Shown here piece by piece: positions 1-6,876 of a stretch of DNA of 16,229 nt. Numbering within the stretch: the first letter of the stretch is position 1; every line of letters starts with the position of its first letter. The stretch is taken from IMG/VR virus record IMGVR_UViG_3300028800_000066, positions 72,207 through 88,435 of that record. One strand, given 5' to 3'. Under the pieces are notes generated by a model, which was not told where the DNA came from, ran no database searches, and worked only from the letters and a program-made list of their open reading frames with translations. A program made the translations under genes and the position numbers. This DNA is from a virus. Taxonomy: Duplodnaviria > Heunggongvirae > Uroviricota > Caudoviricetes.

Positions 1-1096
1 TGGTCGATTTAACTTTAAATAATCCGTGATTAGATTATCCAAATCACCATCGAGAATATCTTCTACTGGTCTATATTCTTTTCCGGTGCGTTCATCTACT
101 ACTACTTGTCTAGAATGAACAACGTAAGTTCTGATTTGATGCCCAAAACTCACATCACTTTTTTCACCAGACAAATCTTCAATCTTTTTCTTTTGTTCTG
201 TTTCAGCCAAGTAAGCCAATCTATTTTTAAGTTGCGCCAGAGCCATTTCTTTATTTTCACCCTGACTTCTGCTATCTTCGCTTCTAACTATTATTCCTGT
301 GGGCAAATGTTTTATTCTTACTGCGGTTTCAACTTTGTTTCTGTGTTGACCGCCAGGACCACTTGCTCTATAGATATCAATCTCAATTTCTGATTTATCT
401 ATTTTTATTTCTTCAATGTCTTCAAGAATTGGAATCAAATCAACTCTTGCAAACGATGTTTGTCTTCTCTGATTAGAATCGAAAGGTGAGACTCGCATGA
501 ATCGGTGAACGCCTTTTTCAGACCTCATCAATCCGTAAACAGAATCCCCTTCTATTTTCAAAGTCACTGTTTTAATTCCAGCTTCAATTCCATACTGGAT
601 ATCCAACAGTGTGACTTTGAAACCTTTCTTTTCTGCCCAACGACCATACATTCTTAAAAGAATTTCGGTCCAATCTTGACTTTCAGTTCCACCAGCACCA
701 GATTGTATAGTTAGTATTGCGCCATTAGAATCATATGGTCCAGAAAACATTCTAGCTACTTCTAAATTCTTTAACCTATTATTTAGGTCATATAACCTAG
801 AATCTAGTTCGTTCTCAAGTTCTCTATCTTCGCATGTTTGTAGAATTTCCAAACCAGCTTCTACATCTGACAACACGTTTTTGATAGAACGGCAAACTTC
901 AACAATCTTCTTTGTAGAACTTAACTCTTTTTGTTTCTGCTTGGCAATTCTTGTATCTTGCCAAAAACTTTCGGATAACATTTCATGTTCAATTCGTTTT
1001 ACTGAGATTTCTTTATTCTCAGCGTCAAAGCGACACCAAGCTCTCCATTACACGATTGGAAGCTAGGTTATATTCTTTGACTAGACGATGTTCCAT
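1..1096 (-). CDS. prfB: Peptide chain release factor 2 with programmed +1 frameshift; 3' end runs off the window
   Basis: ATG at 1096 after AGGAG; 23 codons to CTT TGA C (1030-1024); +1 frame reads DAENKEIS...FWQD...SGAGGTESQDW...GVHRFMRVSPFDS (SPF)...ASGPGGQHRNK (GGQ)...GHQIRTYV...ILDGDLD, open to position 1. Absent from the ORF track. Confidence 0.97.
1024..1039 (-). promoter_or_regulatory. prfB frameshift site CTTTGAC with upstream SD-like GGTG
   Basis: Minus strand TTGGTG TCG CTT TGA C; same spacing as E. coli AGGGGG TAT CTT TGA C. Confidence 0.9.
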
Positions 1097-1127
1097 GACG
1101 TTCTCCTTTTGTTGCAGATTATGTTAC

Positions 1128-1203
1128 TGGTTGAAGAGGCTGGAATCGAACCAACATTTTCACATTCAGAAAGTGACTGCCTACCATTAGCAATGACTCT
1201 TCA
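1128..1203 (-). tRNA. tRNA-Gln(CTG)
   Basis: TGAAGAG/CTCTTCA acceptor, loop TTCTGAA, GTTGG-TTCGATT-CCAGC T arm, encoded CCA. Confidence 0.85.
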
Positions 1204-1204
1204 G

Positions 1205-1277
1205 TACCGGAGGCTGGAATCGAACCAGCATTCCCTGTTTCAAGGACAGGTTGCCTACCATTAGCAATGACTCCGGT
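1205..1277 (-). tRNA. tRNA-Gln(TTG), C at position 33
   Basis: ACCGGAG/CTCCGGT acceptor, CCTGT-CCTTGAA-ACAGG anticodon arm. Confidence 0.75.
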
Positions 1278-1292
1278 ATATATTAACTTTAA

Positions 1293-1432
1293 AATCTTGA
1301 ACAAGTGTTGATATCCGATATGCCTTGCGGCTCCGCTGTTCTACCGTTGAACTAAACCTTCCGAGGAAGGCTAGAGGAATTGAACCTCTATTCGCAGATT
1401 GATAGATAACGAATTATCCTCGGCCCAAGATT
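1293..1432 (-). ncRNA. YrlA-type Y RNA (Ro-binding stem plus permuted tRNA-like domain)
   Basis: AATCTTGGGCCGAGG pairs with ACTTGTTCAAGATT; inside T arm TAGAGG-TTCAATT-CCTCTA, loop-closed acceptor GCCTTCC-TC-GGAAGGT, D arm GTTC-AACGGTA-GAAC. Confidence 0.8.
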
Positions 1433-1438
1433 AATTTT

Positions 1439-1587
1439 AAAATTTGAACAAGTGTTGACATTCGGTATGCCTTTCGGCTACTCCTGCCTCGACCAGTTGG
1501 GCTACCTCTCCGTGTTAGTGGAGAGGGTAGGACTCGAACCTACATCTTAGAGTTGTAAGATAACGAATTATCTTCGGCTCAAATTTT
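1439..1587 (-). ncRNA. YrlA-type Y RNA
   Basis: AAAATTTGAGCCGAAG / ACTTGTTCAAATTTT; T arm GTAGG-TTCGAGT-CCTAC, acceptor CCTCTCC-8nt-GGAGAGG, D arm GCC-CAACTGGTCGA-GGC. Confidence 0.8.
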
Positions 1588-2080
1588 GATGTTGCTTCCT
1601 ACCAGCAAATGTAGTGGTTTGACTATGACAGTTTGGGCAAAGTATTTCTAGATTTTCTATTCTATTGTCTCTACCATTACCATTCTTATGTTCAAGCTGT
1701 AATGATATTGGTTCGTTTTGCCAAACATTTCCAAGCCCACATTTTCTACATTCATTCTTTAAAATTTTTTCTCTTATTAATCTTTTTTTAAGATGCGTTC
1801 TGGAATATCCACTATCTTGAGTTAAAACTTCTTCAAGAGTTTTTGGAGTTATTCCACCACGTAAGTTAAAACGATTGCTATTTCTACCTTGAGGAATATG
1901 ACTGTAATCTATTCCCGATTTATCTAAAACTTGTTTTAGAGTTGCATTATTTCTACCATATTTCACAAAACCAAAATGAATTAAAATTTGTGAAATTGAA
2001 GTTGCTTTAGAAACATAATCTTTTAATTCTTGTTTATCTATCAACCAAAGTTTACTCGTTTTCTTTCTTTCCTTTATCAT
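1568..2080 (-). CDS. HNH endonuclease (putative homing endonuclease)
   Basis: CRKCG...LQLEHKNGNGRDNRIENLEILCPNCHSQT motif. Confidence 0.9.
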   Translation of the reverse strand: MIKERKKTSKLWLIDKQELKDYVSKATSISQILIHFGFVKYGRNNATLKQVLDKSGIDYSHIPQGRNSNRFNLRGGITPKTLEEVLTQDSGYSRTHLKKRLIREKILKNECRKCGLGNVWQNEPISLQLEHKNGNGRDNRIENLEILCPNCHSQTTTFAGRKQHQNLSRR

Positions 2081-2165
2081 GATTACTCCGGTAGGACATT
2101 TAACAGTGCTCGTTGTCCTACCATGTAGTAAATCAATATAAAGTTTTAATGCTTTTTTTCAGAAG

Positions 2166-2236
2166 TTGGGGAAGATGGAATCGAACCACCATTCGAATAT
2201 TCAAAGTATCCTGTACTACCATTATACTATTCCCCA
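2166..2236 (-). tRNA. tRNA-Gln(TTG)
   Basis: TGGGGAA/TTCCCCA, GGATA-CTTTGAA-TATTC. Confidence 0.9.
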
Positions 2237-2256
2237 ATACGCCTTTTACAGGCGTT

Positions 2257-2376
2257 TTATTCTTGATGGAAATTGTTCTTATCATCGTGGGGAGGATGTT
2301 TTCTAAGGATAAATATAAAAACAACCCAAAGTACAACTCCAATTCCCAACAAAACCAAATCTGAATGTGAAAACAT
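2257..2376 (-). CDS. Small predicted membrane protein (39 aa)
   Basis: MFSHSDLVLLGIGVVLWVVFIFILRKHPPHDDKNNFHQE; ATG overlaps upstream stop (TAATG); below ORF-track cutoff. Confidence 0.6.
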   Translation of the reverse strand: MFSHSDLVLLGIGVVLWVVFIFILRKHPPHDDKNNFHQE

Positions 2377-2567
2377 TACATCTGCCAAGTGTGAATTAAC
2401 TGCGGAACGTGTTTAACCTCTCCGATAGCAACCACTTCCCACTTTTCCTTGTTATCTGATTTAAGTTCAATCAAGTTTCCAACTCTTAAACTTGGTTTAT
2501 CTTCAACCCAAGCTGTTTGAAAAGTGTTGCCATTCTTAAACTTGCATTGTTTATACATATTACTCAT
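2376..2567 (-). CDS. Hypothetical protein (63 aa)
   Basis: GAGG SD before ATG; coupled to downstream ORF. Confidence 0.7.
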   Translation of the reverse strand: MSNMYKQCKFKNGNTFQTAWVEDKPSLRVGNLIELKSDNKEKWEVVAIGEVKHVPQLIHTWQM

Positions 2568-2592
2568 GACTTACCTCTTTTCTATTTCTTCG

Positions 2593-2664
2593 GGTGACTA
2601 TCGGGAATTGAACCCGAGTTCTTCGATTCACAATCGAGCATCTTACCACTAGATGATAGCCACC
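2593..2664 (-). tRNA. tRNA-His(GTG)
   Basis: G-1 plus GTGGCTA/TAGTCAC, C73, loop TTGTGAA. Confidence 0.9.
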
Positions 2665-2667
2665 ATG

Positions 2668-2871
2668 CTAACTAAAAAAACACCAAACTATAAAAGCACC
2701 AACCACAACTACACCCAATAACAACCATTTCCAATTGATTTTGGTTTTTATTTCTACTTTCTTTTCTACTGTTCCAACTCCATTACATCTTTTACAAACC
2801 CATTCTTTGTGTAGGAGATATCCCTTGCCATGACATCCCGCACATCTTACCTTTTCAGTTCTGAAAGCCAT
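2668..2871 (-). CDS. DnaJ-type zinc-finger protein with C-terminal TM helix
   Basis: CAGCHGKG and CKRCNGVG repeats, hydrophobic tail. Confidence 0.7.
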   Translation of the reverse strand: MAFRTEKVRCAGCHGKGYLLHKEWVCKRCNGVGTVEKKVEIKTKINWKWLLLGVVVVGAFIVWCFFS

Positions 2872-3086
2872 TATCTATTTCCTCTTATATTCTGTATTTT
2901 CTGAAAATTGCCTTCTGTATTAATCCACTCATCAAATTCCCTTCTTAAATTACATCCTGGCTGATGAGTCATATTATAAATTGCTGGTCCTGCTGTCATG
3001 TAAATTCCACGGTCCCCACCACATTGAGGACACTTAAGACTCGGATTTTGTTCTACTTGCATCGCTAATAACAGAAAATCTTTCAT
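2871..3086 (-). CDS. Hypothetical protein (71 aa); start moved from 3131 to 3086
   Basis: Track start lies inside tRNA-His; ATG 3086 follows GAGGG; CPQC motif. Confidence 0.65.
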   Translation of the reverse strand: MKDFLLLAMQVEQNPSLKCPQCGGDRGIYMTAGPAIYNMTHQPGCNLRREFDEWINTEGNFQKIQNIRGNR

Positions 3087-3096
3087 CCAACCCTCG

Positions 3097-3171
3097 GGCG
3101 ATAGACCAGAATCGAACTGGCTCCAATTCATTCACAATGAACTATGCTACAACCATTACACCACTATCGCC
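3097..3171 (-). tRNA. tRNA-His(GTG), second divergent copy
   Basis: G-1 plus GCGATAG/CTATCGC, GTTCA-TTGTGAA-TGAAT. Confidence 0.9.
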
Positions 3172-3224
3172 ATGAAAACTTACCGCACCCCGCACCCATC
3201 AGATTCAAAATCTGAAATTTATTG

Positions 3225-3295
3225 TTCCGAGTGATGGATTCGAACCACCACTGACGGTTTCAGAGACCGCTGTCCTACCATTAGACGAACTCGGA
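3225..3295 (-). tRNA. tRNA-Gln(CTG)
   Basis: TCCGAGT/ACTCGGA, GCGGT-CTCTGAA-ACCGT. Confidence 0.92.
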
Positions 3296-3300
3296 GTGAA

Positions 3301-3537
3301 TTAGTTTGCCTTAATTACATCCACTTGTTTTCTAATCCAACGCATTAATTCAAGTGCTGGATGAGAATTGAAGAAGGTCGATTCCCCACAATCTGAAATT
3401 GGAACTGGAAATTCAAAACCATCTTCGGTCATATAAATCAAATTACCTTGTCGATAGTACTGTAGTGTTGTTGTCTTGCCCTTAACCAAATCTGTTACAG
3501 ATTTCTGTCCTGACTTGACTTCTTCAAGAATACTCAT
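3301..3537 (-). CDS. Hypothetical protein (78 aa)
   Basis: Clean ORF with AGGA SD, overlapping upstream ORF end. Confidence 0.7.
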   Translation of the reverse strand: MSILEEVKSGQKSVTDLVKGKTTTLQYYRQGNLIYMTEDGFEFPVPISDCGESTFFNSHPALELMRWIRKQVDVIKAN

Positions 3538-3751
3538 TTTCTTTCCTTTTCCATTCGTTATTTGTTAGAACCCAATCTGCATAGAAGTTCTCATATTTCA
3601 TGTAGTAATGTCCACATTTCCAGCAGGAATCTTGCCAACCTGGATTGCTACGCCATTCATATCCACATTTTTCATTCATGCATTTGAATATTTCTTTCCC
3701 GCGATAATTATCGGAAACATTCGCACGATTATCATGATAAGGTAAGACCAC
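3524..3751 (-). CDS. Hypothetical zinc-ribbon protein (75 aa)
   Basis: CMNEKC...CWKC; GTG start overlaps upstream TAG. Confidence 0.6.
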   Translation of the reverse strand: MVLPYHDNRANVSDNYRGKEIFKCMNEKCGYEWRSNPGWQDSCWKCGHYYMKYENFYADWVLTNNEWKRKENEYS

Positions 3752-3903
3752 TATTTCTTCTCTACATATTCAAGAAGTAATTTGCAACAATCACGATAAC
3801 CTTCTAGATATGATTTAGTTACATCTGTATTGTCTAACTTCAATTTCGTTTCCATTGAGGTTAGCATAATGTTTAACATAGACTTCAAAGCTTCTTCCGT
3901 CAT
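3751..3903 (-). CDS. Hypothetical protein (50 aa)
   Basis: MTEEALKSMLNIMLTSMETKLKLDNTDVTKSYLEGYRDCCKLLLEYVEKK after GAGGA; below track cutoff. Confidence 0.6.
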   Translation of the reverse strand: MTEEALKSMLNIMLTSMETKLKLDNTDVTKSYLEGYRDCCKLLLEYVEKK

Positions 3904-3922
3904 GTTATCGTTATTCCTCGTG

Positions 3923-4009
3923 CGGAGAGAGTGAGATTCGAACTCACGGTCCCCTTTCGGGGACTCTCGTTTTCAAGACGAGTGCGATAGGCCACTCTGC
4001 CATCTCTCC
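3923..4009 (-). tRNA. tRNA-Ser(TGA)
   Basis: GGAGAGA/TCTCTCC, G73, loop CTTGAAA, long variable arm GTCCCC-GAAA-GGGGAC. Confidence 0.95.
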
Positions 4010-4016
4010 ATAAAAC

Positions 4017-4153
4017 CTAGAACAAGTATCGATGATGGATGTTTAGGTGCTCTACCGTTGAGCTACATCGGCATGAAATGGTGCCGATGGAAGGGAATTG
4101 AACCCGACTACCACCCCTTTATGATAGGATAACCCATCGTTCAGCGGCTCTAG
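4017..4153 (-). ncRNA. YrlA-type Y RNA
   Basis: CTAGAGCCGCTG / ACTTGTTCTAG; GGG-TTCAATT-CCC T arm, acceptor CATCGGC-10nt-GCCGATG, D arm GCTC-AACGGTA-GAGC. Confidence 0.78.
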
Positions 4154-4163
4154 ATTTAATTTT

Positions 4164-4300
4164 AGTTTTGAGCAAGTTTTATAAATCCATTGATATTGCC
4201 CTTTCAATTTCTTGAAAGTTTTTACGGATTCGAACCGTTCATGTTTTGTATTTCTACATAACACTTTAACTAGGTAACGAACTTACAGCGGCTCAAAACT
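4164..4300 (-). ncRNA. Y RNA-like element with degenerate tRNA-like domain
   Basis: AGTTTTGAGCCGCTG / ACTTGCTCAAAACT; ACGG-TTCGAAT-CCGT; CTTTCAA-GAAA-TTGAAAG; D arm not recognisable. Confidence 0.7.
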
Positions 4301-4301
4301 G

Positions 4302-4390
4302 CGGAAGATAAGAGAATTGAACTCTTGCTACCTTGTTAGGTAGACTTGTTTAGCAAACAAGCCCGACAAACCAGCATTCGGCTATCTTCC
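4302..4390 (-). tRNA. tRNA-Ser(GCT)
   Basis: GGAAGAT/ATCTTCC, G73, CTTGT-TTGCTAA-ACAAG, long variable arm. Confidence 0.92.
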
Positions 4391-4490
4391 AATACGTGAT
4401 GGTAAATTAGTCGGTTTAAAATCGGATGCTGGCCCCTCATCCAGGTCTCTACCATAGAAACCCCCAACCATCGCCACCAAGGTCATTTCG

Positions 4491-4562
4491 TGCAACCTAC
4501 AGGAATTGAACCTGTTGCCTCTTCGATGTCAACGAAGCGTTCTACCAATGAACTAAGGTTGC
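4491..4562 (-). tRNA. tRNA-Val(GAC)
   Basis: GCAACCT/AGGTTGC, CTTCG-TTGACAT-CGAAG. Confidence 0.93.
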
Positions 4563-4903
4563 GTTCTTTTATAATCGTCTTGAATTCTTATTATATCTTC
4601 TTCAAGACATACACCAAATTGAACTTCCAAAATTACTAAATCAGTTTTCTTACTCGTGTTCACTATTCTGTGAATCAATTCTTTTGGAACGTATACTACA
4701 ACACCTTTTTTCAATGGATGTTCAATCCCCGCTTCATCCAATATTGCTTTTCCTCGTCCTTTTAAAACATACCAAATTTCTGTTCGTTGCAAATGCTTTT
4801 GTAAACTCAATCTTTGCCTTGGTTTTACTACCAACTTTTTAGTCTTTGAATCGTTTGTTGCGACTAAAGTTTCAAAATAACCCCAAGGTCTATTTTCTAT
4901 CAT
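4553..4903 (-). CDS. Cupin protein, mannose-6-phosphate isomerase type II C-terminal-like
   Basis: ENRPWGYFETL...KKLVVKPRQRLSLQKH..RTEIW...HRIVN...VILEVQFG..LEEDIIRIQDDY. Confidence 0.88.
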   Translation of the reverse strand: MIENRPWGYFETLVATNDSKTKKLVVKPRQRLSLQKHLQRTEIWYVLKGRGKAILDEAGIEHPLKKGVVVYVPKELIHRIVNTSKKTDLVILEVQFGVCLEEDIIRIQDDYKRTQP

Positions 4904-4917
4904 GACATTCTCTTTTG

Positions 4918-5011
4918 TGGAGTGTTGGGGGGTCGAACCCCTGCGAACCGATAACGTTTACTCTTCGGCCTTTTGTAAGGCAAGTGTTGAATACCCGCTT
5001 GCACACACCCA
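4918..5011 (-). ncRNA. Circularly permuted Y RNA / tRNA hybrid
   Basis: Open acceptor TGGGTGT/ACACTCC-A and GGGG-TTCGACC-CCCC T arm; Y motifs in swapped order CAACACTTGCCTT-ACAA-AAGGCCGAAG...CGTTATC. Confidence 0.62.
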
Positions 5012-5015
5012 TATT

Positions 5016-5201
5016 TTAAACATCTTCTAACTGACTTTTTATTTCTTTCTTAACTTGTTCTTTTACATAACCTCTATCTTTAACAGCAGGCTCTTGACAG
5101 CTATCCATCGCACACCACTCATAAGCCCTTTTATCTAACTTAGTTCCATAAGGCAGATGTTTCAAATTTCTGTGATTATGAGTTTTTATTTTCTTCGCCA
5201 T
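5016..5201 (-). CDS. Hypothetical basic protein (61 aa, MAKKIKTH...)
   Basis: Internal ATG of track ORF 5016..5300 avoids a long overlap with the upstream gene. Confidence 0.55.
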   Translation of the reverse strand: MAKKIKTHNHRNLKHLPYGTKLDKRAYEWCAMDSCQEPAVKDRGYVKEQVKKEIKSQLEDV

Positions 5202-5445
5202 CAGTATCAAACCTGTCCTTCTGTTCGTGTTTTTGTTCTTGCATTGTTTTCTCGCCCCACTTTCTAGGACTAGAACACAATCCGCAATTTGCACGACCAC
5301 AATCTAAAGGATGCTTCTTTTTAAATCTGTTACGCTGGTCAGTCTTCATTCCATGCGCCTTGGCAACCTTTACCCTTTTATTTATAACAGCTTTGTTCTT
5401 TTCGATTCTCTTAGATTTTTTAGCTTTTTCTTCGAGTTTCGACAT
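5176..5445 (-). CDS. Hypothetical basic Cys-containing phage protein (89 aa)
   Basis: MSKLEEK... after GGGAG; HPLDCGRANCGLCSSPRK motif. Confidence 0.7.
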   Translation of the reverse strand: MSKLEEKAKKSKRIEKNKAVINKRVKVAKAHGMKTDQRNRFKKKHPLDCGRANCGLCSSPRKWGEKTMQEQKHEQKDRFDTDGEENKNS

Positions 5446-5633
5446 CACACATTCTCCCATTCACCCCAACCCCAACAAGTACTTCTGGTTACTTCTTCAT
5501 GATTGTCTTCATAATAACCAGAATCCCAATCGGCGTCGAAAGCATCGAATCTAGTATGACTTTTGTTGAATGTTGCAATTCTTCCATTTTCTGTATTCAA
5601 CATTCTATAGTTAACATCTTTAGTTTGTATCAC
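5445..5633 (-). CDS. Hypothetical protein (62 aa)
   Basis: GTG after GAGGA; stop coupled to next ATG. Confidence 0.6.
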   Translation of the reverse strand: MIQTKDVNYRMLNTENGRIATFNKSHTRFDAFDADWDSGYYEDNHEEVTRSTCWGWGEWENV

Positions 5634-5647
5634 ACTATCCTCTTATG

Positions 5648-5723
5648 TGGAGCACATGGGATTCGAACCCATCTGACATCTTCATTGCAAGTGAAGTAAC
5701 CACTCCAAGCAGTTCCGTGCCCC
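5648..5723 (-). tRNA. tRNA-Ala(TGC)
   Basis: GGGGCAC/GTGCTCC with G3-U70, CTTCA-CTTGCAA-TGAAG. Confidence 0.9.
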
Positions 5724-5728
5724 GTAAT

Positions 5729-5953
5729 TTATATCAAACAAGCCACTTTCTTTTTCAATAACTCTTTTGCTATACTTTCTTCGAAGTAAAATGGAAACCC
5801 AGCTTTCGCCATTCTCTTTCCACTTGCTCCTAAATACCTTGACATTAACTTAGAATTTGGCTTCAAAATCTGTACTTTCACAGGATTCTTGACATAAGTA
5901 TGTTCAGTCAAATACTTTGGGTCAACCTGGAAAAGTAATTCAATTGATTCCAT
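5729..5953 (-). CDS. Hypothetical protein (74 aa)
   Basis: GGAG SD, fills inter-tRNA gap. Confidence 0.7.
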   Translation of the reverse strand: MESIELLFQVDPKYLTEHTYVKNPVKVQILKPNSKLMSRYLGASGKRMAKAGFPFYFEESIAKELLKKKVACLI

Positions 5954-5963
5954 TTTTTCTCCG

Positions 5964-6035
5964 TAGCCCCTACTGGAATCGAACCAGTTTCTTCTTTCTT
6001 GTAAGGAAAGCAGTCTACCATTGGCGTAAGGGGCT
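5964..6035 (-). tRNA. tRNA-Val(TAC), weak D stem
   Basis: AGCCCCT/AGGGGCT, CTTTC-CTTACAA-GAAAG. Confidence 0.8.
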
Positions 6036-6132
6036 ATGCTGAGAGTTTCTGAGGGTGGCTTCCCGAAGGAATTTTCATCTTGTTACCTACTCTCGGAGTA
6101 CAAGATGTATGTTATCTTTTTAAGACCATCTG

Positions 6133-6206
6133 TAGCCACTATCAGATTCGAACTGATGACCTTCTGAATGTAAATCAGACGCTCTAACCAACTGAGCTAA
6201 GCGGCT
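6133..6206 (-). tRNA. tRNA-Val(TAC)
   Basis: AGCCGCT/AGTGGCT, TCTGA-TTTACAT-TCAGA. Confidence 0.93.
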
Positions 6207-6210
6207 ATGT

Positions 6211-6876
6211 TTATCTTCTTAAATAATCTATTCCACCGTATACCATATGTAAAAGTTCTGTGTTAAAAACATGCATATGTGCTGTCCCAAAAGGTTGTTT
6301 TCCAAAACCCTTTCTTTGACTCTCGTTCTTTACTTTGTATCTATATACTCTTATTTTTTCAATTCCAACTTTTTCTTGCCAAAAATCTTTAATGTCATTA
6401 TCTTTTGTTTCAGTGTCCTCTACGCAATGTATTACCATACCCATCTTTTTTAGTTCGTATCCCATTTTTATAAGCTTATCTTTAATTATTGAGAGCATTG
6501 TATAATCACAATTAGAAATTCTGAATGTATTTTTTGTCTTATTTCCCTCTGCCCAGTAGAGCGCACAAACTATGGAAAATTCATTATCTATCTTCGCTAA
6601 TTCAAAACCTTTCTCTCTATACTCTTTAAGTCTTGTAATAGATTCGCTTTTATTTTTTTGAGATTGTTCATATCCACTAAAATTTTTGAATCTTATTCTG
6701 TTTTCTCTTTCATTTTTCTTTAATTCAAGTTCTTGTTCCTCTGTTAAAACTATATCTTTAACCCAAGGACTAATGGAACCCTTCGAAATACCCAATTGAT
6801 GACTAATGGCAGTTACACTATATCCACTTTGTCGTAACTCTCTAGCCTTATCTTTTTCATTAGTTCTAGGTTTCAT
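6211..6876 (-). CDS. HTH plus LAGLIDADG-like putative homing endonuclease (start may be TTG 6900)
   Basis: N-terminal HTH (ARELRQSGYSVTAISHQLGISKGSISPWV); ALYWAEGNK motif followed by FRISNCD. Confidence 0.65.
   Translation of the reverse strand: MKPRTNEKDKARELRQSGYSVTAISHQLGISKGSISPWVKDIVLTEEQELELKKNERENRIRFKNFSGYEQSQKNKSESITRLKEYREKGFELAKIDNEFSIVCALYWAEGNKTKNTFRISNCDYTMLSIIKDKLIKMGYELKKMGMVIHCVEDTETKDNDIKDFWQEKVGIEKIRVYRYKVKNESQRKGFGKQPFGTAHMHVFNTELLHMVYGGIDYLRR

Noticed and set aside
1119-1304. Minus-strand ORFs running through RNA genes (also 2133..2342, 4052..4264, 7382..7576, 7837..8067)
   Set aside because: They are translations of tRNA or Y RNA sequence, without RBS support.
1568-2134. 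Group I intron housing the HNH gene
   Set aside because: Flanking RNA genes are intact and no P/Q/R/S core is visible.
4396-4490. HDV-like theta ribozyme in the tRNA-Val 3' trailer
   Set aside because: Could not fit the nested P1/P1.1/P2/P3 double pseudoknot by eye; a descriptor search would settle it.
4918-5011. tRNA-Val(TAC) with a 28-nt intron
   Set aside because: Removing the insert restores CTTGC-CTTACAA-GCAGG but leaves a 66-nt RNA with no variable loop and a T stem overlapping the anticodon stem.
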